From the NCBI RefSeq assembly GCF_000014785.1, contig NC_008340.1, forward strand, positions 300,001-332,000: DNA of 32,000 nt, read 5' to 3'. A model generated the notes under the pieces. It saw only the letters and a program-made list of their open reading frames with translations. It searched no databases and was not told the origin of the DNA. A program made the position numbers and the translations under genes. Origin of the DNA: Alkalilimnicola ehrlichii MLHE-1. GTDB taxonomy: Bacteria > Pseudomonadota > Gammaproteobacteria > Nitrococcales > Halorhodospiraceae. How positions within the stretch are numbered: position 1 is the stretch's first letter; the number at the start of each line of letters is the position of its first letter. Below are positions 7,186-15,306 of the stretch, one piece after another.

Positions 7186-9873
7186 ATGGCTGCAGTTGAA
7201 CCCCTCCCAGAGGGTGATGTTGATCCGCTCGAGACCCGGGAGTGGCTCGAGGCACTCGAGGCCGTTATCGAGGAGGAGGGCCCCGAGCGCGCCCAGTACC
7301 TGCTGGAGCAACTGGTCGAGAAAACCCGCCGACGCGGCGGCGTGGCCCCCTTCAAGGCCACCACTGCGTACGAGAACACCATCCCCCGCCACCTTGAGGC
7401 CCGCTCCCCCGGAGACCACCAACTGGAGTGGCGCCTGCGTTCGATCATGCGCTGGAACGCCATGGCGATGGTGGTGCAGGCCAACAAGGAGCATGACGGT
7501 ATCGGGGGGCACATCGCCTCCTACGCCTCGGCGGCGACGCTCTACGAGACCGGTTTCAACCACTTCTGGCATGCGCCGTCGGACGAGCACGGCGGCGACA
7601 TGGTCTTCATCCAGGGCCATTCGGCGCCCGGTATCTATGCCCGGGCATTCCTCGAGGGCCGCCTCACCGAGGATCAACTGCACAATTTCCGCCAGGATGT
7701 CGGAGGTGAAGGCGTTACCTCCTATCCTCACCCCTGGCTGATGCCGGAGTTCTGGCAGTTTCCCACCGTCTCCATGGGGCTGGGGCCGATCATGGCCATC
7801 TACCAGGCCCGGTTCATGAAGTACATGCATGACCGCGAGGTCATCGACACCGAGGGCCGCAAGGTGTGGGCCTTCATGGGCGACGGTGAGATGGACGAGC
7901 CGGAGTCCTTGGGGGCGATCGGCTTGGCCGCCCGCGAGAAGCTGGACAACTTGGTGTTCGTGGTCAACTGCAACCTGCAGCGGCTGGACGGCCCGGTCCG
8001 CGGTAACGCCAAGATTATCCAGGAGCTGGAGGGCGAGTTCCGCGGCGCCGGCTGGAATGTCATCAAGCTGATCTGGGGCTCCGGCTGGGACGCGCTGCTG
8101 GAGCGCGACCGCACTGGGCTGCTGCGCAAGCGCATGGAAGAGTGCGTGGACGGCGAGTACCAGAACTTCAAGGCCAAGGGCGGTGCCTACACCCGCGAGC
8201 ACTTCTTCGGCAAGTACCCGGAGCTCAAGGACATGGTGGCCCACATGTCCGACGAGGAGATTGCCCGGCTCAACCGCGGCGGCCACGATCCGCACAAGGT
8301 CTACGCCGCCTACCACGCGGCGGCCAACCACAAGGGCCAGCCCACCGTCATCCTGGTGAAGACGGTGAAGGGCTACGGCATGGGCGAGGCCGGCGAGGGC
8401 CAGAACATCACCCACCAGCAGAAGAAGATGGGTGAGGCGGCGCTCAAGGCCTTCCGCGATCGGTTCGATATCCCGATCCCGGACGATAAGATCGCCGAGG
8501 CGCCCTTCTACAAGCCGGACGATGACAGTCCGGAGATCAAGTACCTGCACGAGCGCCGCCAGGCGTTGGGTGGCTACCTGCCCAGTCGTCGCACCGAGGC
8601 GGCGCCGCTGAAGGCGCCGGCGCTGTCCGCCTTCGACGTGCTGCTGAAGGACAGCGGCGACCGCGAGATGTCCACCACCATGGCCTTCGTGCGGGCGCTG
8701 ACCATCCTCACCCGCGACAAGGACCTGAAAAAGCACATAGTACCCATCGTGCCGGACGAGGCGCGCACCTTCGGCATGGAGGGGCTGTTCCGCCAGCTGG
8801 GCATCTACTCCTCCGTCGGTCAGCTCTACACCCCGCAGGATGCGGATCAGCTGATGTATTACAAGGAGGACAAGAAGGGGCAGATCCTGCAGGAGGGGAT
8901 CAACGAGGCCGGTGCCTTCTCCTCCTGGATTGCGGCGGGCACCAGCTACAGCAACCATGGCGTGAACATGGTGCCCTTCTACGCCTACTACTCCATGTTC
9001 GGCTTCCAGCGCATCGGGGACCTGGCCTGGGCCGCCGGCGACATGCAGGCGCGCGGCTTCCTGATGGGCGGTACCGCCGGCCGCACCACCCTGAACGGCG
9101 AGGGGTTGCAGCACGAGGATGGCCACAGCCACCTGCTGGCCTCGACCATCCCCAACTGTCGGGCCTATGACCCCACCTTTGCCTACGAGATGGCGGTGCT
9201 CATCCAGGACGGGCTGCGGCGGATGTACGTGGATCAGGAGAACTGCTTCTACTACATCACCATGCTCAACGAGAACTACCGGCAGCCGGCCATGCCCAAG
9301 GGTGCCGAGGAGGGCATCGTCAAGGGCATGTACCTGTTCCGCGAGGGCAAGAAGAGCTCTGGGAGGAAGAAGGCCCCGCGGGTGCAGCTCATGGGCTCCG
9401 GTTCCATCCTGCGCGAGGTGATTGAGGCGGCCGACCTGTTGCAGCAGGACTTCGGCGTGGAGGCGGACATCTGGAGCGTTACCTCCTTCACCGAGGTGCG
9501 CCGTGAGGGCATGTCCGCCGAGCGCTATAACACGCTGAATCCGGAGACGAAGAAGCCCCGGGTGCCCTACCTGCAGGAATGCCTGAAGGGGCGCGCGGGG
9601 CCGGCGATTGCGGCGACCGACTACATGCGCACCTTCGCCGACCAGATCCGTCCTTGGATGGATCGCACCTACCGGGTGCTGGGCACGGACGGCTATGGCC
9701 GTTCGGATACCCGCGAGAAGCTCCGCCAGTTCTTCGAGGTGGACCGCTACCACGTGGCGGTGGCCGCACTGAAGGCACTGGCCGATGACGGCGTCGTGCC
9801 GGTGGCTAAGGTCTCCGAGGCCATCCGTAAGTACGGCGTGGACCCGGAGCGGCCCGACCCCTGGACGGCCTAG
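7186..9873 (+). CDS. aceE: Pyruvate dehydrogenase E1 component (homodimeric type)
   Basis: 895 aa. DVDPLETREWLEALEAVIEEEGPERAQYLLEQL N-terminus, GHSAPGIYARAFLEGRL and GDGEMDEPES ThDP-binding motif. Confidence 0.97.
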   Translation: MAAVEPLPEGDVDPLETREWLEALEAVIEEEGPERAQYLLEQLVEKTRRRGGVAPFKATTAYENTIPRHLEARSPGDHQLEWRLRSIMRWNAMAMVVQANKEHDGIGGHIASYASAATLYETGFNHFWHAPSDEHGGDMVFIQGHSAPGIYARAFLEGRLTEDQLHNFRQDVGGEGVTSYPHPWLMPEFWQFPTVSMGLGPIMAIYQARFMKYMHDREVIDTEGRKVWAFMGDGEMDEPESLGAIGLAAREKLDNLVFVVNCNLQRLDGPVRGNAKIIQELEGEFRGAGWNVIKLIWGSGWDALLERDRTGLLRKRMEECVDGEYQNFKAKGGAYTREHFFGKYPELKDMVAHMSDEEIARLNRGGHDPHKVYAAYHAAANHKGQPTVILVKTVKGYGMGEAGEGQNITHQQKKMGEAALKAFRDRFDIPIPDDKIAEAPFYKPDDDSPEIKYLHERRQALGGYLPSRRTEAAPLKAPALSAFDVLLKDSGDREMSTTMAFVRALTILTRDKDLKKHIVPIVPDEARTFGMEGLFRQLGIYSSVGQLYTPQDADQLMYYKEDKKGQILQEGINEAGAFSSWIAAGTSYSNHGVNMVPFYAYYSMFGFQRIGDLAWAAGDMQARGFLMGGTAGRTTLNGEGLQHEDGHSHLLASTIPNCRAYDPTFAYEMAVLIQDGLRRMYVDQENCFYYITMLNENYRQPAMPKGAEEGIVKGMYLFREGKKSSGRKKAPRVQLMGSGSILREVIEAADLLQQDFGVEADIWSVTSFTEVRREGMSAERYNTLNPETKKPRVPYLQECLKGRAGPAIAATDYMRTFADQIRPWMDRTYRVLGTDGYGRSDTREKLRQFFEVDRYHVAVAALKALADDGVVPVAKVSEAIRKYGVDPERPDPWTA

Positions 9874-9951
9874 ACCCTCCAGAACCGGCCCGGGGCGGTG
9901 TGTCCCGGGCCCTGTCGAGTCGCAAGCCCAGCAGCCGGAAGGAAGAACAAC

Positions 9952-11649
9952 ATGGCAGACGTCAAAGAAGTCCGCGTCCCCGATATCGGTGATTTCGCCG
10001 AGGTGGACGTGATTGAGGTGCTGGTCGCCCCCGGCGACCGGATCGAGAAGGAGCAATCGCTGATCACCCTGGAGTCGGACAAGGCCTCCATGGAGGTGCC
10101 CTCCAGTGAGGCCGGGGTGGTCAAAGAGGTCAAAATCAAGGTGGGCGACAAGGTCTCCGAGGGGGACGTGGTCGTCTTGGTGGAGGCCGAGGAGGGCGGT
10201 GATTCGCCCGCCGAGGCCCCGACGGGCAGCGACGCCGGGGCGTCCGCCCCAGCCGCCGGCGGTTCCGATGCCCCAGCCGCCGGGGGCGGTGAGGCCGTCC
10301 AGGTGAAGGTTCCGGACATTGGTGATTTCGCCGAGGTGGATGTCATTGAGGTGCTGGTCAGCCCCGGTGACACGGTGGAGCAGGAGCAGTCGCTGATCAC
10401 CCTGGAGTCGGACAAGGCCTCAATGGAGGTGCCTTCGAGCCACGCGGGCGTGGTCAAGGAGGTCAAGGTCAAGGTGGGCGACAAGGTCTCCGAAGGGGAT
10501 ACGGTCGCCGTGCTGGAGAGCCAGGGTGCCGGTGGGGGTGCCACGGCCTCCGCGCCAGCCAAGGAGGCAGGGGAGGCGGCAAAGCCGTCCCAGGAGCCGG
10601 CCGAGACCTACGCCGCTGACAGCCAGCGCGAGGCCGCGGCGCCGGAGAGCTACAAGGCGAACGCCTACCTGCTCACCGACTCCCGTCCGCCCCAGGCACC
10701 GCCGCCCATCGACCGCGAGGCCCATCGCCGCGCCCACGCCAGCCCGGCGGTCCGCCGCTTCGCCCGTGAGCTGGGCGTGGATCTGGGCCAGTTGCAGGGC
10801 AGGGGCTCGGGCCGCAAGGGGCGCATCCTCAAGGAGGACGTCCAGGCCTACGTCAAGCAGGCCCTGGCGGGGGGCGGAGCGGCCGCGGCACCGGCCGGGC
10901 AGGCCGGTGGCGCCGGCATCCCGCCCATCCCCGAGGTGGACTTCAGCAAGTTCGGCGAGGTGGAGCGCCAGCCGCTCTCGCGCATCCAGAAGCTCTCCGG
11001 GCCGCACCTGCAGCGCTCCTGGCTCAATGTGCCCCACGTCACCCAGTTTGACGAGGCGGACATCACCGAACTGGAGGCCTTCCGCAAGTCGATGAAGACC
11101 GAGGCGGAAAAGGCCGGGGTCAAGCTGACCCCGCTGGCCTTCATGGTGAAGGCCTCCGCGGCGGCGCTGCGGGCCTTCCCGCGCTTCAACAGCAGCCTGG
11201 CGCCGGCCGGTGATGAGCTGATCCTCAAGAAGTACGTGAACATTGGCGTGGCGGTGGATACCCCCAATGGCCTGGTGGTACCGGTGATCCGCGATGCCGA
11301 CCGGAAGAGCGTCTACCAGATCGCCGAGGACCTGGGCACGCTCTCTGCCAAGGCGCGTGACGGCAAGCTGGGGCCGTCGGACATGCAGGGCGGTTGCTTC
11401 ACCATTTCCAGCCTGGGCGGCATCGGCGGTACCGCCTTCACGCCCATCGTCAATGCGCCCGAGGTGGCCATCCTCGGGGTCTCCCGCTCGTCCATGAAGC
11501 CGGTCTGGAACGGCAGCGAGTTCGAGCCGCGGTTGATGCTGCCACTGTCGCTGTCCTACGACCACCGGGTGATTGACGGCGCCGCCGGCGCCCGGTTCAC
11601 CGCCTGGCTGGCTCAGGCCCTGGGCGACATTCGCCGGCTGTTGCTGTAA
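9952..11649 (+). CDS. aceF: Dihydrolipoyllysine-residue acetyltransferase (PDH E2), two lipoyl domains
   Basis: ATG at 9952 after GGAAGGAAG. Two lipoyl domains ([15 protein letters not shown] twice), an E3-binding domain ([16 protein letters not shown]) and a catalytic domain ending in the [12 protein letters not shown] active-site motif. Confidence 0.95.
   Translation: MADVKEVRVPDIGDFAEVDVIEVLVAPGDRIEKEQSLITLESDKASMEVPSSEAGVVKEVKIKVGDKVSEGDVVVLVEAEEGGDSPAEAPTGSDAGASAPAAGGSDAPAAGGGEAVQVKVPDIGDFAEVDVIEVLVSPGDTVEQEQSLITLESDKASMEVPSSHAGVVKEVKVKVGDKVSEGDTVAVLESQGAGGGATASAPAKEAGEAAKPSQEPAETYAADSQREAAAPESYKANAYLLTDSRPPQAPPPIDREAHRRAHASPAVRRFARELGVDLGQLQGRGSGRKGRILKEDVQAYVKQALAGGGAAAAPAGQAGGAGIPPIPEVDFSKFGEVERQPLSRIQKLSGPHLQRSWLNVPHVTQFDEADITELEAFRKSMKTEAEKAGVKLTPLAFMVKASAAALRAFPRFNSSLAPAGDELILKKYVNIGVAVDTPNGLVVPVIRDADRKSVYQIAEDLGTLSAKARDGKLGPSDMQGGCFTISSLGGIGGTAFTPIVNAPEVAILGVSRSSMKPVWNGSEFEPRLMLPLSLSYDHRVIDGAAGARFTAWLAQALGDIRRLLL
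10383..10493. repeat. 111-nt stretch identical to 11767..11877 (aceF lipoyl domain 2 versus lpd lipoyl domain)
   Basis: Base-by-base comparison: ggagcagtcgctgatcaccctggagtcggacaaggcctcaatggaggtgccttcgagccacgcgggcgtggtcaaggaggtcaaggtcaaggtgggcgacaaggtctccga is identical in both places. aceF lipoyl domain 1 (about 10050..10170) has several mismatches to both. Confidence 0.9.
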
Positions 11650-11668
11650 CCGACGGGGGATACCCGAG

Positions 11669-13450
11669 ATGGCAGATTTGGTAGAAGTGAAGGTTCCGGA
11701 CATCGGCGACTTCGACGCGGTGGACGTCATCGAGGTGCTGGTCAGCCCGGGTGACGAGATCGAGGTGGAGCAGTCGCTGATCACCCTGGAGTCGGACAAG
11801 GCCTCAATGGAGGTGCCTTCGAGCCACGCGGGCGTGGTCAAGGAGGTCAAGGTCAAGGTGGGCGACAAGGTCTCCGAGGGGGATGTGGTCTGCACCCTCG
11901 AGGCGGCTGAAGCCACGGCCGGGGGCGAGGCCCCCGCCACCGGCGGCGGCAGGGCGGAAAAGCCCGCCGAGCCGGAACCGCCGGCCGCGGCCACCAGGCC
12001 CGCCCCGGCGGCCGCCCCGCAGGGGGATGCCCCGGTGGACGCCGACTGCGACGTGCTGGTACTGGGCGCCGGCCCGGGCGGCTACACCGCCGCCTTCCGG
12101 GCGGCGGACCTGGGCCTGAAGACGGTGCTGGTGGAGCGCTACCCGACCCTGGGGGGCGTTTGCCTGAACGTGGGCTGCATTCCCTCCAAGGCTTTGCTGC
12201 ACGCGGCCAAGGTGATCGACGAGGCGGAGCAGTTCGCTGACCACGGCATCACCTTCGGTAAGCCCAAGATCGACATCCGCAAGCTGGCCGACTGGAAATC
12301 CAGCGTGGTCAAGAAGTTGACCGGCGGACTGGCCGGTCTGGCCAAACAGCGCAAGGTGGAGGTGGTGACCGGCAAGGGGGCCTTCAAGGACGCCTACCAC
12401 CTGGAGGTGGACGGTAAGGAGGGCAAGCGCACCATCAGTTTTCGGCACTGCATCATCGCCGCCGGCTCCCGGCCGGTGGTCCCGCCCCCGCTGGCGGTGG
12501 ACGACCCCCGGGTTATGGACTCCACCGGCGCGCTGGAGCTGGAGGAGGTGCCGGAGCGGCTGCTGGTGGTCGGCGGTGGCATCATCGGCCTGGAGATGGC
12601 CTGTGTGTACGACGCGTTGGGCAGCAAGGTGACGGTGGTGGAGCTGGCGGACCGGCTGATGCCGGGCGCGGACGCCGATTTGGTGAAGGTGCTGCGCAAG
12701 CGCATCGATAAGCGCTATGACGCCATCCACCTGAACACCCTGGTCAAGGAGCTGAAGCCCAACAAGAAGAGCATCACGGTGAAGTTCGAGGGCAAGGACG
12801 CGCCGGAGAGCGACCGGTTCGACCGGGTGCTGCTGTCGGTGGGGCGCCGGCCGAACACCGACCTGATCGGCCTGGAGGCCACCGGGCTCAAGCCCAATGA
12901 TCAGGGTTACATCGACGTCGATGAGTATATGCGCACCGGTGTGTCGCACATCCATGCCATTGGTGACATCGTCGGCCAGCCGATGCTGGCACACAAGGCG
13001 TCGCACGAGGGCAAGGTGGCGGCGGAGGTTATCGCGGGCGAGAAAAGCGCCTGGGATGCCCGGGCGATTCCATCGGTGGCCTACACGGACCCGGAGGTGG
13101 CCTGGGTGGGCATCACCGAGGAGGAGGCGAAGGCGCAGGGGATTGCGTACGAGAAGGGCGCCTTCCCCTGGGCCGCCAACGGACGGTCGCTGTCGCTCAA
13201 TTACCAGGACGGGATCAGCAAGCTGTTGTTCGACGAGCAGTCGGGGCAGCTGATTGGCGCCGGCATCGTCGGCCCCAACGCCGGTGACCTGATCGCCGAG
13301 GCGGCCCTGGCCCTCGAGATGGGCGCGGAGGCGGCGGACATCGGCCTGACGGTGCACCCGCACCCAACCCTGTCCGAGACCGTGGCCATGGCCGCCGAGG
13401 CGGCGGAGGGGACGCTGACCGATCTCTATATCCCCAAGAAGAAGAAATAG
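11669..13450 (+). CDS. lpdA: Dihydrolipoyl dehydrogenase (E3) with N-terminal lipoyl domain
   Basis: ATG at 11669 gives [15 protein letters not shown]..., a lipoyl domain with SDKASMEV. An Ala/Pro linker follows, then DVLVLGAGPGGY FAD fold, the redox-active GGVCLNVGCIPSK and C-terminal HPHPTLSE. Confidence 0.93.
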   Translation: MADLVEVKVPDIGDFDAVDVIEVLVSPGDEIEVEQSLITLESDKASMEVPSSHAGVVKEVKVKVGDKVSEGDVVCTLEAAEATAGGEAPATGGGRAEKPAEPEPPAAATRPAPAAAPQGDAPVDADCDVLVLGAGPGGYTAAFRAADLGLKTVLVERYPTLGGVCLNVGCIPSKALLHAAKVIDEAEQFADHGITFGKPKIDIRKLADWKSSVVKKLTGGLAGLAKQRKVEVVTGKGAFKDAYHLEVDGKEGKRTISFRHCIIAAGSRPVVPPPLAVDDPRVMDSTGALELEEVPERLLVVGGGIIGLEMACVYDALGSKVTVVELADRLMPGADADLVKVLRKRIDKRYDAIHLNTLVKELKPNKKSITVKFEGKDAPESDRFDRVLLSVGRRPNTDLIGLEATGLKPNDQGYIDVDEYMRTGVSHIHAIGDIVGQPMLAHKASHEGKVAAEVIAGEKSAWDARAIPSVAYTDPEVAWVGITEEEAKAQGIAYEKGAFPWAANGRSLSLNYQDGISKLLFDEQSGQLIGAGIVGPNAGDLIAEAALALEMGAEAADIGLTVHPHPTLSETVAMAAEAAEGTLTDLYIPKKKK

Positions 13451-13757
13451 CAGCGCCGCGGGGTGCCTTGCGCCCTCGCTTATCGTGGCCGTCGGGGTTT
13501 AGGCTCTGGCGGCCTTTTTGTAGCTGGATAAGTCGTGATCGTCCGTGGTGGTTCGTGGGTCCGTGGGCTTGCGGTGACCCGCCCCACCAACGGCCTCCGG
13601 GGGGGTTCTTGGTCAGCGGGGCTTGCGGCGGCGTCACGGAGACCAATGCGGCCCGCGGGCAGTACCTCGGGATCAATCGGGGCGCACAGGGGCGCACTGG
13701 GGCAGCCAGGGTGGCACGAGAGCAGCCTTCCGCGAGCCAGTACCCTTTCAATCGACA

Positions 13758-13865
13758 GGGGCGAGGCGGGGGTTCGGATGCGAATCGTAGGCAGCAGGGA
13801 TGCTGCCTACGAGCCCCCATGGATGGGTTTACGGCGTATTCGCATCCGAACCCCCGCCTCGCCCC
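13758..13865. repeat. Nested perfect palindrome (28-bp outer arms plus inner 11-bp hairpin with GGGA loop)
   Basis: ggggcgaggcgggggttcggatgcgaat (13758..13785) is the exact reverse complement of attcgcatccgaacccccgcctcgcccc (13838..13865). Immediately inside, cgtaggcagca (13786..13796) pairs with tgctgcctacg (13801..13811) around GGGA. It lies in a 510-nt non-coding gap between convergent lpd and prmC. Confidence 0.85.
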
Positions 13866-13962
13866 GTTCCGCGGCTTCCCGCAGCCACCGGGCCTAAGGC
13901 CTCTTCAGCCTTCTCCCTACCCCCGACATCCAACCGCCGACACACCCCGTCCAGGCGCGCTG

Positions 13963-14850
13963 TCAGTCCAGCCGCCCGACCGTCACCCGCTCATGCCCGG
14001 CCAGGTCCCGCAAGGTCTCCACCCCGCCGAACCCGGCCTCCAGGAACAGTCGGCGCACCGCCTCCCCCTGCTGAAAACCGTGCTCCACCATCAACCAACC
14101 GCCGGCCACCAGATGCCCCGGCGCCTCGCCGACGATCCGCCGCAGGTCACCCAGCCCGTCCCGTCCGGCCGCCAGCGCCGACCGCGGCTCGAAGCGCACA
14201 TCGCCCTCATACAGCTCAGGCTCGTGGACGCCCACATAGGGCGGATTGCTCACCACCAGATCAAAACGCTCACCGGCCAGTGGGCCGAACCAGGACCCCG
14301 CCACCACCTGCACCCGATCCGCCAGCCCTAACCGGCGGGCGTTCTCCCGGGCCACCACCAGGGCCCCGGCGCTGGCCTCCACCGCCGTCACCCGCCACGC
14401 CGGACACTCATCCGCCAGCGCCAGCGCAATGGCCCCGGTGCCCGTGCCCAGGTCCGCCACCCGGAGCTGCCGGTCGCCGTCAACCCGGGCCAGCGCCGCC
14501 TCAACCAGCAGCTCCGTCTCCGGGCGGGGGATCAGCGTCTCGGCCGTCACCTTCAGCTCCAGCGACCAGAAACCGCGGCGGCCCGTCAGGTGCGCCACCG
14601 GCTCGCCGGCCAAACGGCGGGCAAGGAGTTGCCGGAAGCGGGCCAGGCTGGATGCCGGCGGACGGTGCTCGGGATGGGCCAGGAAAAAAGCGCGATCGCG
14701 CCCCAGCGCGTGCGCCAGCAGGGCATCGGCGTCCGCGGCCGGCGAGTCGCTGCCCGCCGCCTCCAGTCGGGTGCGGGCGGACCGGCGCAGCTCGGCCAGG
14801 GTGGGCTGCGGCGGGGTGGAGCCCGTGGCGGGGTGCGCTTCCCGGGTCAC
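13963..14850 (-). CDS. prmC: Peptide chain release factor N5-glutamine methyltransferase
   Basis: 295 aa. GEPVAHLTGRRGFWSLEL, LIPRPETE, DLGTGTGAIALALA SAM motif and VVSNPPYV catalytic motif, collinear with E. coli PrmC/HemK. GTG start at 14850 overlaps the upstream stop (GTGA). Confidence 0.92.
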   Translation of the reverse strand: MTREAHPATGSTPPQPTLAELRRSARTRLEAAGSDSPAADADALLAHALGRDRAFFLAHPEHRPPASSLARFRQLLARRLAGEPVAHLTGRRGFWSLELKVTAETLIPRPETELLVEAALARVDGDRQLRVADLGTGTGAIALALADECPAWRVTAVEASAGALVVARENARRLGLADRVQVVAGSWFGPLAGERFDLVVSNPPYVGVHEPELYEGDVRFEPRSALAAGRDGLGDLRRIVGEAPGHLVAGGWLMVEHGFQQGEAVRRLFLEAGFGGVETLRDLAGHERVTVGRLD

Positions 14851-15122
14851 GCCTCGGTGGTCGGCCGGGCGGCGGAGGCCGGGATGGCGCGCTCCTCCAG
14901 CATGATCGGGATGCCGTCCTCCACCGGATAGATGCGCTGATCGTTCTCCGTGATCAGGGCCTCACGCAGCGGCGTCTCCACCGGGCTGTCGTCCATATGC
15001 CGCACCTCGCCCTGCTCGATCCGCTGGTTGAGTCGCTTCAGGGCATCCGCCTCCAGCAGGCGCACCGGCTGCTTGGTCACCGGGCAGCACAGTATGTCCA
15101 GCAATTTCTTGTCCAGGCTCAT
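14847..15122 (-). CDS. Trm112/YcaR (UPF0434) family protein, 91 aa with a central insertion
   Basis: MSLDKKLLDILCCPVTKQPV ... RIYPVEDGIPIMLEERAI matches the N- and C-terminal halves of the Trm112-like fold as in E. coli YcaR. About 30 extra residues lie between them. Confidence 0.8.
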   Translation of the reverse strand: MSLDKKLLDILCCPVTKQPVRLLEADALKRLNQRIEQGEVRHMDDSPVETPLREALITENDQRIYPVEDGIPIMLEERAIPASAARPTTEA

Positions 15123-15306
15123 CGTTGCGGGCTCGACTGCAAAAAGTGGGTCTCCAGTATAGCACCGGGCACCGCCAGCCCGGTTCCGGTAAGGGCAAGC
15201 CTTGCCGCCCGGCGATGCCGCTCAAGACCTGGCGGCGTCTGCCGTTTATTGGCCCAGGACACAACGGTTCGCCAACGGGCGGATTTCAGGCATTGGGGGG
15301 ATACCC

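Noticed and set aside
9952-11900. Three spaced similar repeats that could superficially resemble a repeat array
   Set aside because: They are the three lipoyl-domain coding modules of aceF and lpd, in frame and translated. This is not CRISPR.
7165-13363. Long minus-strand ORFs (963, 524 and 519 aa) across aceE, aceF and lpd
   Set aside because: They are antisense to three unambiguous PDH genes. Their translations are low-complexity with no motifs.
13451-13962. Possible known structured RNA (4.5S/SRP, 6S, RNase P, tmRNA) or retron msr-msd in the long gap
   Set aside because: I looked for the SRP GGAA-tetraloop/AGCA helix-8 pattern, the RNase P GGAAAGUCCGG box and the tmRNA 5' and 3' ends on both strands and found none. 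There is no reverse transcriptase gene nearby for a retron. The palindrome is kept only as an unexplained repeat.
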